Shown: positions 9,929-19,773, counted from the stretch's first letter. The stretch is DNA of 64,000 nt from Candidatus Kuenenbacteria bacterium (GCA_013202715.1 JABMRF010000007.1:8566-72565), one strand, 5' to 3'. The notes: generated by a model not told the origin, from the letters alone. Program-made: numbers and translations.

Positions 9929-10085
9929 CCGTCTGACTGGATCAGCAACTATTCAGGTTTGGGTGAAGACAAGTAATGGCTTGATTCACGGTGATGTTTT
10001 TATGGTTCTGAGGTCTGGTGAAACCATAAAACTCGAGGGCGTGATGGTTCCTCCCGAACCAAGACCACAACTGGCTTTTGACTAA
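9912..10085 (+). CDS. hypothetical small β-rich protein (57 aa), overlapping the previous ORF in another frame
   Basis: ORF track 9870..10085; ATG at 9912; possible frameshifted continuation of 9719 ORF. Confidence 0.25.
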   Translation: MKFYHSRLTGSATIQVWVKTSNGLIHGDVFMVLRSGETIKLEGVMVPPEPRPQLAFD

Positions 10086-10092
10086 ACAGCAA

Positions 10093-10125
10093 AGCGCTCC
10101 GATATCAATCGGGGCGCCTTTTTAT
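10093..10125. terminator. bidirectional terminator (GCGCTCCGAT…ATCGGGGCGC) sharing the AAAGCGCTCCGATA core with 15212
   Basis: hairpin flanked by T-runs on both strands between convergent genes. Confidence 0.65.
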
Positions 10126-10147
10126 TATCCTAATCTAATTTGATTAT

Positions 10148-12367
10148 TTACTTTATGTCAGCCTCGTAAACTTTATTTCCGGAAATCAGATACATTTTGT
10201 TTCCACTAATTACAAAGTCTGCAATCGGGGCTTCTAGAGATTCAAATAAATATTGCTTGGCAAAGTCGCCGTTTTTGTTAGTTAAAATAATGCGTTTACT
10301 TCCGGCTTCGGAAATGTAAATATAGGGAAGCTCTGCTGTAGTGTAAATTTTATTGGCTTCAGCAAGAGCCGGCTCGATCAGCTTCAAGTCAAATTCCTGC
10401 AACTCTCCGGTATAAAATTTATAAACCTTGCCATCACTTGTCAAGACATAAATATCACCGTCAATAGTGAGGCTGGTTGCTTTGGAAAGATCAGCGTCTT
10501 TTTTGTCTTTGATCCAGATTTGTCCGCTACCATAGTTATTACCGCTGGCGCTGTATTTTATAATCTGCTGTCCGTTTGCATCAAGAGCGTAAATGCGCCT
10601 GTTGTAGAGCTCAGCGTGAGTGATCTTCGCGTTATCCGGCCAGGAAATTGATTTGTTTGTGAAGTTCTTTTGATCTGAACTATATGCCACCAGCTTGTTT
10701 TGATTTGTGATGAATGACAGGTTGCCGTCCTCTTCCATGCTTATTGCCAGATCGCCGTGTTCTGAATTTCCGATCGCACTTGAGGTTTTGTCTTCTGGAT
10801 TAACTTCGTAAAGAGTTAAGTCTTTGCTGTGAGTGAAAAGTTTGTCGCCAATCTTTTCAAGTTTCAGAAGATTGATTGGAATATCGTCCGGCCCCACCTT
10901 TGTAATTAATAGCGGGACTATTTTTTCAATATTCAAAAGCTTGTTTTTTATCGTTACGGACTGTTTTTCTAATTCTTCGAAGTTTGCCTTTTGGTTTGCA
11001 GTGGCTTGCGGTAAGTATTTAATAATGTCCTCAGCCTTTTTGATCAGTTCCAGACTCTTGCTGTCGTTTTTGTAAATTAAATTTATTTGAGCATCATTAA
11101 TAAGATCTTTTGCTTGCTGAATCTGAACGGCATAGATGGCTTGTTCCTCTTTTACTTGCTTGCGGTGCTTGACCCAGAAAATACTTGAGACCAATATTAT
11201 CCCAACAATTAACAAAGCAATTAGAATTGTTTTATTTAGCTTGCGCAGAGAAAATAGTTTGTCTTTTGATCGCACAACGGATGTTTCTGGGTGGGTTAGT
11301 GATTCTTTGGCTCGAAATAATTTGAGCTTTTTCTTGCCGGTGATTATTTTGAAAATGACCTTCAGTGCTTTGCCGATCGAAGTGAAGATTATTTTTATGG
11401 CATTAAAAAAATATTTAAGAATACCGAATTTCAATCTAACTGATTTATTTGGCCCTGCTAGCTGGCTTTTATCCACCTTTGATTTTTTGAAGAATTTTCG
11501 AAGGTGGGCTCTGATATTTAAGGCAAATGTTGGCGTGAGGAATTTTTCAGTTGTTTCTTTGGTTGAAATCAGTCGGGCAATTGACTTTTGGGAGACTGGC
11601 TTTTCATCAATTGACCGCTTTTCCTGCATTTTGATGAAAATCGCGCTGTATGTAAGGTGAGAATTATTTTTAACATTGTTAATCAGGCTTTTGAAATATT
11701 CAATGCCGTCACCAAATTCGTTACTGGAAAGGATTTTGTTTACTTTGTGCGGAGGAATATAGTTACTGAAAATTTCTGAACATATGAAGATAGTGTCATG
11801 GTAAAATATTTTTCCGCTGACGGTAGAAGAGAATATTTTTAATTTGCTTCCTTGCTCTTCTTTTAGTTTCGGTGTGTTATCAACAACGTTAATGACTTTG
11901 AAATTGTTCTGTTTTGTTTTGTGAAGAAGATAGGCATTGATTAATCCTTGTTGAGCAAAATAAAAATCAATATCCTTGGTTTGCAAGTTTGGTTTAGCCA
12001 CGGCGATTAAAAAGTTTAGGTTTTCTAAAACTAAACTGATGTGCCCAATCTGGATCATTTCTGTTAATGCAGTGTTGGTCTTTTGAAGAGCATGTTCAAA
12101 AACGGTTTCCAAATTTAATTTTTGAGGTTCGGGCGAAGAGTTGATCTGATCATAATAATTATCCTTCAGAGTATTGATCAGAGTCTGAATAATCTTTTCA
12201 CTCTCTGCAATTGGTGTGGCTCTAATTTCTACGATACCGATCAGGTAGCCGCCATTTTTTTCCTTTCCTTCTGGATAGATTATAAAATCCTCACAAAGGT
12301 AGGTGTCTTTGGCATGTTTTGATGGGATATAGATCTCTTCTAGTGAAATGTCGTGGTTTACTTCCAT
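10148..12367 (-). CDS. large membrane-anchored protein: cytoplasmic N-domain (~370 aa), 1 TM helix, coiled coil, C-terminal β-propeller-like repeat domain
   Basis: 739 aa; TM ILIALLIVGIILVSSIFWV; C-terminus has repeated …G.(I/V)Y(A/V)L(D/T)..G…Y strands. Confidence 0.6.
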   Translation of the reverse strand: MEVNHDISLEEIYIPSKHAKDTYLCEDFIIYPEGKEKNGGYLIGIVEIRATPIAESEKIIQTLINTLKDNYYDQINSSPEPQKLNLETVFEHALQKTNTALTEMIQIGHISLVLENLNFLIAVAKPNLQTKDIDFYFAQQGLINAYLLHKTKQNNFKVINVVDNTPKLKEEQGSKLKIFSSTVSGKIFYHDTIFICSEIFSNYIPPHKVNKILSSNEFGDGIEYFKSLINNVKNNSHLTYSAIFIKMQEKRSIDEKPVSQKSIARLISTKETTEKFLTPTFALNIRAHLRKFFKKSKVDKSQLAGPNKSVRLKFGILKYFFNAIKIIFTSIGKALKVIFKIITGKKKLKLFRAKESLTHPETSVVRSKDKLFSLRKLNKTILIALLIVGIILVSSIFWVKHRKQVKEEQAIYAVQIQQAKDLINDAQINLIYKNDSKSLELIKKAEDIIKYLPQATANQKANFEELEKQSVTIKNKLLNIEKIVPLLITKVGPDDIPINLLKLEKIGDKLFTHSKDLTLYEVNPEDKTSSAIGNSEHGDLAISMEEDGNLSFITNQNKLVAYSSDQKNFTNKSISWPDNAKITHAELYNRRIYALDANGQQIIKYSASGNNYGSGQIWIKDKKDADLSKATSLTIDGDIYVLTSDGKVYKFYTGELQEFDLKLIEPALAEANKIYTTAELPYIYISEAGSKRIILTNKNGDFAKQYLFESLEAPIADFVISGNKMYLISGNKVYEADIK

Positions 12368-12557
12368 GAAAATTAAGAATCAAGAATGAATAATGAAGAA
12401 TGCAGAATTAAGGCTGTGCGCTACTGTAGTCGCTTATTAATTCTATATTCTTCATTGTTAATTTGACTAAAAGTAAGTATCTATATTATACTATACATAT
12501 AAACAATTAATCAACTCAAAACGCCACAATAGGGGGGAAACGGCAAATGCTAAAATT

Positions 12558-13190
12558 ATGTTTGAACAACTATTTGGTTCAAAAACTAGAGTGAAATTAA
12601 TGAGGGTTTTTTTGGATAATCCTGAAAAAAGATATTTTGTCAGGGAACTGACTCGTGAAACGGACTGTCTTATAAATTCAGTACGGCGTGAATTGGATAA
12701 TTTGATCAATTTGAAGCTAATTAACGTTCAAGAACGTCGAGGCAAGGATGGGGATAAAAAGGCCCAAAATGTAAAAAAGTATTATCATTTAAATCAGAAA
12801 AATCTATTTCAACAGGATTTAATCAATTTATTTGCCAAAGGAAAGATATTACTTGAAAAAAAGTTGATTGAAAAAATAAAACGTCTGGGTGACGTTATCT
12901 ATATTTCATTTGGTGGAACTTTTATTGATGACGCAAAAGCGACCACAGACTTATTGATCATTGGTGAATTGGATAAACAAAAAGCCTCAGCAAGTATGAA
13001 AAAATTTGAAAAAGAGATGGGCCGCTCTATTCGTTATACCATTTTAGAAGAAGAAGAGTATATTCTAAGAAGAGATATTGCAGACCGATTTTTGCTTGAT
13101 ATTATAGAAAATGAAAACAATATTGTGGTTGTAGATAGACTTTCCAGAAAGCTAAAATCTAATTTGAATACAGAAATTGTTCAGTTATAG
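12558..13190 (+). CDS. putative wHTH transcriptional regulator with C-terminal nucleotidyltransferase-like domain
   Basis: N-terminal FGSKTRVKLMRVFLDNPEKRYFVRELTRET (archaeal-type wHTH); C-domain GDVIYISFGGTFIDD. Confidence 0.45.
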   Translation: MFEQLFGSKTRVKLMRVFLDNPEKRYFVRELTRETDCLINSVRRELDNLINLKLINVQERRGKDGDKKAQNVKKYYHLNQKNLFQQDLINLFAKGKILLEKKLIEKIKRLGDVIYISFGGTFIDDAKATTDLLIIGELDKQKASASMKKFEKEMGRSIRYTILEEEEYILRRDIADRFLLDIIENENNIVVVDRLSRKLKSNLNTEIVQL

Positions 13191-13232
13191 AGCTGAGGCC
13201 GCGCCTCTCCCTACGTCTGGACTTGTATAATT

Positions 13233-14660
13233 ATGTTTAACAAGAGAATAATTGTTGTCGCGATTGCCTTTGTAGCGGGGGGGATTTTTTTATTTATCCC
13301 GCCACCGGCGGGATTAGCAAATTTTTGTTTAGCTGCAGAAAATGAGCAGGTTGATTTCAAGGTATATTCAGACCAGCTCAAGCTTGAAAAAGATTTGGAC
13401 CTGATTCCGGATGATTTTCAGGGTTCAGCGCGCATGAAGCTTATTGATCTCGGCGGGGACGGACAAAAAGAAGTTGTTGTCAGCTACGGAAACTTTGAAA
13501 ACCCTATGATCAAGCTGTTTCGCCTGGACGGGAGCCTTATCAACGTTTGGAAACCATACGTAGAGGGGTTCACAGGTGAGATTTCAATTGCTGTGGCTGA
13601 TTTGGATAATGATGGAAAGGAAGAGATTATTGCCGGACCTGGGGCCGGTGGCGGACCACAAGTTAGAGTTTTTAATGGATACGGAGCACCGCTCTTTACT
13701 TTTGGGTTTTGGGCTCACGATCAAGATTATCGTAATGGAGTAGAAGTCGCAGCAGGGGATATTGACGGCGATGGGTTCAAAGAAATTATTGTGAGTGTGA
13801 TTAAAGATGATAAAGCATTGGTCAAATTTTTCAATCGTTTTGGCGAACAGTTAGGTGTGCCAATTGAAATCGAACTTGAAAATAATTTTGAGCCGGTTAA
13901 GATTTCTTCTATAGATATTGATAATGATGGTGTTGACGAAATTATTGTCGGTATGGGATCCGGCAATCAGCCCAAGGTTAAAATTTTCAAAAAAGATGGA
14001 ACTGTGCTCGAAGAGTTTTTTGCTTATGGTGAAAACTTTGAGGGCGGAGTGAATTTTTCTATTGTCAATGTAGATTCTAATAATATAATTGTAACTGGCG
14101 CTGGATTTAGCGGTGGGCCCCATGTTCGATTTTTTAATTCAAATGGAGATCCTCTGAAAAAATCAAATTTTTTCAGTTACACGGAAAGTTTTCGTGGTGG
14201 AGTAAATGTTGATTATGCAGATATTGATAATGATGGTGAATTGGAATTAGTAACTTTGCCGCAAATAATTAATAATATCAGTGGTAAGTATTTACATAAG
14301 TATATTGATATTGATATTTCCGAACAAAAGCTTCGTTATTATCAAAATGGAAAACAGGTTGATGAGTTTATAATTTCCAGCGGAAAGGTAAACATGCCTA
14401 CACCGCTTGGCGAATACAAGATTTTCCAGAAAAATCCTCGCGCTTATTCAAGTACTTATGGCTTATATATGCCGTGGTGGATGTCGTTCAAACCAAAATA
14501 CGGACTGCACGAACTTCCGGAATGGCCAAATGGATACAAGGAGGGCCAAGATCACTTGGGTATGCGTGTTTCTCACGGGTGTGTTCGACTAGGTGTTGGT
14601 CCGGCTGAATCTTTGTACAACTGGACGCCGATTGGAACTGCGGTGATTATACATGAATAA
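13233..14660 (+). CDS. secreted FG-GAP/integrin-α-like repeat protein with C-terminal L,D-transpeptidase (YkuD) catalytic domain
   Basis: signal peptide; ≥4 D.DNDG.(E/D)EI(I/V) Ca-binding repeats; C-terminal …HLGMRVSHGCVRLG… = L,D-TPase His/Cys motif. Confidence 0.7.
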   Translation: MFNKRIIVVAIAFVAGGIFLFIPPPAGLANFCLAAENEQVDFKVYSDQLKLEKDLDLIPDDFQGSARMKLIDLGGDGQKEVVVSYGNFENPMIKLFRLDGSLINVWKPYVEGFTGEISIAVADLDNDGKEEIIAGPGAGGGPQVRVFNGYGAPLFTFGFWAHDQDYRNGVEVAAGDIDGDGFKEIIVSVIKDDKALVKFFNRFGEQLGVPIEIELENNFEPVKISSIDIDNDGVDEIIVGMGSGNQPKVKIFKKDGTVLEEFFAYGENFEGGVNFSIVNVDSNNIIVTGAGFSGGPHVRFFNSNGDPLKKSNFFSYTESFRGGVNVDYADIDNDGELELVTLPQIINNISGKYLHKYIDIDISEQKLRYYQNGKQVDEFIISSGKVNMPTPLGEYKIFQKNPRAYSSTYGLYMPWWMSFKPKYGLHELPEWPNGYKEGQDHLGMRVSHGCVRLGVGPAESLYNWTPIGTAVIIHE

Positions 14661-14672
14661 ATAAAATGTAAA

Positions 14673-15119
14673 ATGAAAAATGTAAAACCACAATCAAAAT
14701 TAAAAAAAGAAAAAATAGTTTTAATTTCAACTCCGCAAAATTCACATTTTTCTGTAGCAATCGGTGATGATCAGATTGAAAAGTTTAAGATTGTAAATAA
14801 GCCATACAAGCAATCAGAGTTGCTGTTGCAAACAATTGACGAGCTAGTCAAGAGTCAAAAGTCAAAAGTCAAAAGTCTGTTTGTTGTGAAGGGGCCGGGA
14901 CAGTTTTCTGCGTTAAGGATTGGAATTTCAACCGCTAACGCCCTGGCTTACGGATGGGGGATCCCGGTTGTGGGAATAGAACTGAAAAAGAGCTGGGAAA
15001 AGTTGGAACCAAAAGAAAAGCTCGAAAAAGTTTGGCAAGTTGGAGTTAAAAAATTAAAAAAGACAAAGCCTGGCGTGATTGTTTTGCCGAAGTACGGTAA
15101 AGAACCAAACATAACGTAA
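14673..15119 (+). CDS. tsaB: TsaB (YeaZ)-like tRNA t6A biosynthesis protein, N-terminal domain only (148 aa)
   Basis: GPGQFSALRIGISTANALAYGWGIPVVGI matches TsaB GPGSFTGLRIG…G.P..G motif. Confidence 0.55.
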   Translation: MKNVKPQSKLKKEKIVLISTPQNSHFSVAIGDDQIEKFKIVNKPYKQSELLLQTIDELVKSQKSKVKSLFVVKGPGQFSALRIGISTANALAYGWGIPVVGIELKKSWEKLEPKEKLEKVWQVGVKKLKKTKPGVIVLPKYGKEPNIT

Positions 15120-15211
15120 CGTAATTATGTAAGAATCAAGGAAAAACAGGAATACAAGTAACAGGAAAAAATGCTCGATTAAGCTTGAGTATTTTTTAAT
15201 TTAAAATATAA

Positions 15212-15247
15212 AAGCGCTCCGATAGTTGTCGGAACGCTGTTTTTTTA
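15212..15247. terminator. bidirectional terminator (AGCGCTCCGATA-GTTG-TCGGAACGCT + U7)
   Basis: between convergent tsaB-like (+) and 834-aa ORF (-). Confidence 0.65.
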
Positions 15248-17749
15248 ACGAAGTCTTTTGCCTGAAGGTTCTTTCTCGGTCGGAGGAGACAATTTAGCAA
15301 TTAACTGTTCAAGTAAGTTCTTGAAAGGATCTGGTATATCTTGAGCTGGTATCATTTGCTCAGTTGCCATATCCTTGCGAGCTGAAATCCTTATTTTTGG
15401 TCTAGTAGCAACAATGTTTCCAGCCACTGCAGTTACTGTGCGTTTTTGGCTGGCATTCAAATAACCTGACTCATCTAGGTTGTGAATACCAATAACTGCT
15501 CGACTACAAATTTGTGGAATTTGCGCAAATGATGGATTGCTATCAATACTTTCTGACTTGGGTGGTTCATTTCTAGAAAGAATGTCCACGAACTGTTTAA
15601 GTAGGTATTCAGCAATACCACTAGCCATAAGTTTATTATTAGCCAGTACAGTCAAAGCTTCAATTGCTAGATCGTCTAGCCAAACCTTTTGTAAGGTGGC
15701 TTTGTTAAAAGCAAGCATGTACTTATTATAGATCGTACTATTGATTATAGGTGAACTCATAAGAGCAACAAAGGCTTGAACGATTTCATCCAGAGTTTCT
15801 CGCTCGTTAGTGGAATCTATGATTGCAATGTATTCATGCAAAAGCAAATCCAGTGCTTCAGCTAGTTCGATTTTAGCAGGCTGATCAAGTTGATCATGCT
15901 TAATAGCTGAGAATTTAGCTTTGGCAATGTTTATCCACGTTGTATTACTATATGAGTTTGTTTGGCTAACTACAAAGCCAATCAAGTTTACCAAGAATAG
16001 ATCACCGGTATTGATGAATCTGTCCAAAAATTCCGCATTTTGTTGCAAGATTGCTAGGTTTGGCTGTAGTGCTGGCCAGAATTTTTCTTTGTAAGCTCTA
16101 TTTCTTTTTTCACCCAAAATAAAGGTGGTTAGCAAAACTGCTCTTTGTGTGGCAGTACTTGACGGTTGACGTGCATTTAACAAGTAGAATTTTGCAATTT
16201 TTTTAACAATTTCACCTGGTAACTTACGTTCTTGATAGATTTTGTCCATCAAGTTGATGAAATGAACTTGTGCACCAGCTGTCCATTTTTGGAAGAAAGT
16301 CAAAGCCAGATCAAAAGCTTGATCAATTCGACTAACAAACTGGTTAACAAATTCCAGGGTTATAACTGCTTGAACTTCTGATTTGTCTTGGTTTTTACTT
16401 AGTGCATGACTGAAATAGTCAGCCCAAAGTTGCTCTTCCTGTAAAGCTTTTTGTCGTGGATCAGTTTCTAAGTGGAAAAGCACATGTTTGAAAGTGAAAA
16501 GTACTTGATCGTCATCGGTTAAATCAATATATTGGAGTAGTGGCTCAGTAATAAGTTCTGGTGCCAGTTGTTGGCCAAATTTCACCAAACAAGTTTCAAT
16601 AGTCTGTCTGTAGATTTTAGGATCTTCTACAAGAATTGTTCTGAGTTGGGCAACTAACCTAGTTTCTTGAACGAAATTTGGTAGTCTTCGACAGATCAAC
16701 TCAGCATTGGCTGTCAGGCAATTGATTACATGTAGCCTGACTTGACTTTTGGTGTCAACTTCTAGTAACTTTGCCAGAGTAATAACTGAAACGTTTAGTT
16801 CAACTTCAGTTTTATTTCTGTCCAGGTAGCCAACAATAATGTTGACTGCTTCGATTTGTAGTTTTGCTGAGCGTCCAGATTCGCACAAAAAGCTGATATT
16901 TTCCATTAATGTTGAATTACATCCATGGTCAGATAAAGCTTTTGCCACAATGCCTCGAGATCTAGTCGGACGATTGTGCAAGTTTGTGGTGATTGCGGTA
17001 ACAAAAGTTTCTTCCATTTTACCAAACATAGCTGGGCTGAGGGCATTGACAGTATTTTCAAATTCCTGAGGATCAACCATCATAGGTAAAGTAAACAGTT
17101 TTCTGCCCCACAGAGTAGCTTCTTCCAGCAAGCCTTCTTGCATTCTTTCTTGTACGGCTGGCAAAGCAAAAATGCCATCCTTGCCAGGAGCAGTCAAAGA
17201 CTGTTCTTGTTCCCTTACCGCTAGAGCCATTGTGCTTGAAGTAGCGTCAATCTCATCTTGCAAGGCAAGAATGATTTTGGGGTTGTTTAGTCCAGCGGGA
17301 ATTTCCATTTCTGGTTTGGTGTCTTCTTCTTCAATTTCAAACTCAGCGTCAATAATGTTAGAAGATTGTTCTGGCTCAGGAGTAGAGGAGACTACTCTTA
17401 ATTGCCAATAAATTTGCAAAGCTCGCAAACATTCTTCAGTTGCGGTTTTAGGCGTTAGATTTCTGTATTTTAGTTTGCGTTTAAAAAGAGAAAACAAGGC
17501 TTTGTTGATCAGGGCATCAAGATGGAATTGCGTCAGTATAGGCGAGGTTTTAAATTCTGGGAACATGAGTAAGGTTTCTATGATTTTTTTTGAGTCGTCA
17601 GGTTGATCAGTTTCCAGTAGCTCGATAATGCCTTCACTAATGTGAATGTTGTGCGCTGACAAAGCAATAATTCTTCTAGTTAGACGTTTATTTTTGATCC
17701 TTGCTTCAACTTGTTCTTGCCCAAGTGTAATAGCTGTGGAAATTTCCAT
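15245..17749 (-). CDS. large hypothetical α-helical protein (834 aa), no recognisable motifs
   Basis: uninterrupted 2.5-kb ORF on minus strand; predicted all-helical/repeat-like. Confidence 0.55.
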   Translation of the reverse strand: MEISTAITLGQEQVEARIKNKRLTRRIIALSAHNIHISEGIIELLETDQPDDSKKIIETLLMFPEFKTSPILTQFHLDALINKALFSLFKRKLKYRNLTPKTATEECLRALQIYWQLRVVSSTPEPEQSSNIIDAEFEIEEEDTKPEMEIPAGLNNPKIILALQDEIDATSSTMALAVREQEQSLTAPGKDGIFALPAVQERMQEGLLEEATLWGRKLFTLPMMVDPQEFENTVNALSPAMFGKMEETFVTAITTNLHNRPTRSRGIVAKALSDHGCNSTLMENISFLCESGRSAKLQIEAVNIIVGYLDRNKTEVELNVSVITLAKLLEVDTKSQVRLHVINCLTANAELICRRLPNFVQETRLVAQLRTILVEDPKIYRQTIETCLVKFGQQLAPELITEPLLQYIDLTDDDQVLFTFKHVLFHLETDPRQKALQEEQLWADYFSHALSKNQDKSEVQAVITLEFVNQFVSRIDQAFDLALTFFQKWTAGAQVHFINLMDKIYQERKLPGEIVKKIAKFYLLNARQPSSTATQRAVLLTTFILGEKRNRAYKEKFWPALQPNLAILQQNAEFLDRFINTGDLFLVNLIGFVVSQTNSYSNTTWINIAKAKFSAIKHDQLDQPAKIELAEALDLLLHEYIAIIDSTNERETLDEIVQAFVALMSSPIINSTIYNKYMLAFNKATLQKVWLDDLAIEALTVLANNKLMASGIAEYLLKQFVDILSRNEPPKSESIDSNPSFAQIPQICSRAVIGIHNLDESGYLNASQKRTVTAVAGNIVATRPKIRISARKDMATEQMIPAQDIPDPFKNLLEQLIAKLSPPTEKEPSGKRLR

Positions 17750-17928
17750 TTGGAGCCTCCAGTTTGTGTTTATATGTTAATGAACATTATATTTAATCTT
17801 AGAGAATTTTACCAAAAAAGTCAACAGTAGACAGTGAGGTAATCACTTAAACATATAAACAAAGAAATAAAGTACTTATAATTGTTTTTTGTTTAATTTA
17901 ATTAGAAAAGATATCCACAACTAAAGTG

Positions 17929-17957
17929 TTGATGTATGTATTGAGGTGGGGTATAAT
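17929..17957 (+). promoter_or_regulatory. sigma70-like promoter (TTGATG-17-TATAAT) for mraZ/dcw operon
   Basis: hexamers at 17929-34 and 17952-57; leaves ~160-nt 5'UTR containing ATCCGTA word hairpin. Confidence 0.55.
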
Positions 17958-18121
17958 GTAGGCAGAGTGAAGAAAAGTGGGGAATTGTGGAAGACCCTTT
18001 CATGTTTCTTATTTTCTTCATTTTTAAAATATACTGATTACGGATCAAATACGGATGTACAGATTCGTAACTGTAATCCCAAATCCGTACATCTGTACTA
18101 ATCGGTAATCCGTAAACTATT

Positions 18122-18553
18122 ATGTTTATCGGGCAATACAATTATTCAGTAGATTCAAAAGGCAGGTTAGCTATTCCGGCCAAGTTTCGGTCTGCTTTGA
18201 AATCCGGAGCAGTTGTCACAAAAGGATTGGATAACTGTCTTTTCGTTTACACTAAAACTGAATGGAATACTTATGCCAAAAAATTAGCAGCATTACCAAC
18301 AAGCCAGGCCAATAGCCGGGCTTTTTCTAGATTGATGCTCGCTGGAGCCATGGATGTGAAATTGGATTCACAGGGAAGAATTATGTTGCCTGATTATCTA
18401 AGAGCATATTCAAGTGTAAAGAAAAAGGTTGTCATTGCCGGCTTGTTTAACCGATTGGAAATCTGGGACGAAGCGAAGTGGAATCTTTACAAGAATAGAA
18501 CGGAAAAAGATGGGAATGAAATTGCCGAGCAGTTAGGTGAGCTCGGAGTATGA
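18122..18553 (+). CDS. mraZ: transcriptional regulator MraZ
   Basis: two DxxxR half-domains: VDSKGRLAIP and LDSQGRIMLP. Confidence 0.9.
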   Translation: MFIGQYNYSVDSKGRLAIPAKFRSALKSGAVVTKGLDNCLFVYTKTEWNTYAKKLAALPTSQANSRAFSRLMLAGAMDVKLDSQGRIMLPDYLRAYSSVKKKVVIAGLFNRLEIWDEAKWNLYKNRTEKDGNEIAEQLGELGV

Positions 18554-18728
18554 CGCGAATAATGCGAATATATACGCGAATGACACGAATCGCGAATATC
18601 GCAAATAGGACCTCTATGAATATTATTCGCGATTCGCGACATTAGCGTTATATATAAATAAAATAAAAACAAAAGTATGTTTAAACAATTGTTAAAAGTT
18701 CTTGAATTAATATTTATTTGGTAAAAAT

Positions 18729-19661
18729 GTGCTAACTATCCACAAGCCGGTTCTAATTAATGAAGTGATTGAGTTTTTGTCTCCCAAGAAAAACCAGAAT
18801 TTTGTTGACTGCACCATCGGTGGCGGGGGACACGCAGAAAAAATATTAGAACTTACCGGGCCAAATGGAAGGCTTCTCGGGATGGATTGGGATCCGGGAG
18901 CAATCAAACTTTCTCGGCATCGGTTAGAAAAATTCAAAAAGCGGCTTGTCTTAGTTAACCATTCTTACATAGAATTAAAAAAAGTAGTGTATGATGAAAG
19001 ATTTTTTCACATTAACGGTATTCTTCTTGACCTTGGCTTATCTTCAGATCAGCTACAAGCTTCAGGACGTGGATTTTCTTTTCAGGTAAATGAACCGCTC
19101 GATATGCGGTATTCACCGGAAGAAAATGAATTTACCGCAGCAGACATTATAAATAAGTGGCCGGAAGAAAAAATTAAAAAAATGCTAAAAGAAAACGCAG
19201 AAGAAGGGCATGCCGGCAGAATCGCAAAGGCGATTATTGAAAGACGTAAAGAAGAGGAGATTAAAACAACATTGGAATTAGTGGCGGTAGTTATCAAAAA
19301 TGTTCCTAGAAAAAGATCCAGAATCCATCCGGCGACAAAAACTTTTCAAGCTTTGCGAATGGAAGTTAATAACGAATTAACAAATGTCCGTTTGCTATTA
19401 AAAGATGTATTGGAAATAATGGAACCTGGTTGTCGCCTGGGAATAATCACATTCCATTCTTTGGAAGACCGGATCGTAAAGCAGTTTTTTAAACATGAAA
19501 GTATTGACTGTCACTGTCCGACTGAAATTCCTGTTTGTAGATGCGAGCACAAAGCGCAGTTGAAATTAATTACGAAAAAGCCGGTGGGGCCAAGTGACGA
19601 CGAAATATCTGAGAATTTTCGTTCTCGAAGTGCAAAATTAAGGGTAGTTGAAAAGCTATAA
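18729..19661 (+). CDS. rsmH: 16S rRNA (cytosine1402-N4)-methyltransferase RsmH (MraW); GTG start
   Basis: HKPVL..E…L……DCT.GGGGH…G…DP.A… + SAM-MTase fold; dcw position. Confidence 0.9.
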   Translation: MLTIHKPVLINEVIEFLSPKKNQNFVDCTIGGGGHAEKILELTGPNGRLLGMDWDPGAIKLSRHRLEKFKKRLVLVNHSYIELKKVVYDERFFHINGILLDLGLSSDQLQASGRGFSFQVNEPLDMRYSPEENEFTAADIINKWPEEKIKKMLKENAEEGHAGRIAKAIIERRKEEEIKTTLELVAVVIKNVPRKRSRIHPATKTFQALRMEVNNELTNVRLLLKDVLEIMEPGCRLGIITFHSLEDRIVKQFFKHESIDCHCPTEIPVCRCEHKAQLKLITKKPVGPSDDEISENFRSRSAKLRVVEKL

Positions 19662-19773
19662 GTTACGCGAATATGCATGTATGCGAATATCGCGAATCGC
19701 GAATAAGACGATTATTATTCGCATCATTCGCAATTTGCATCATTCGTATTAATATTCGCGACATTCGCGTCAT

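Noticed and set aside
14840-14880. Tandem AGTCAAA ×3 repeat
   Set aside because: Lies in-frame inside the tsaB-like CDS (encodes KSQKSKVKS). Simple coding repeat, not a regulatory element.
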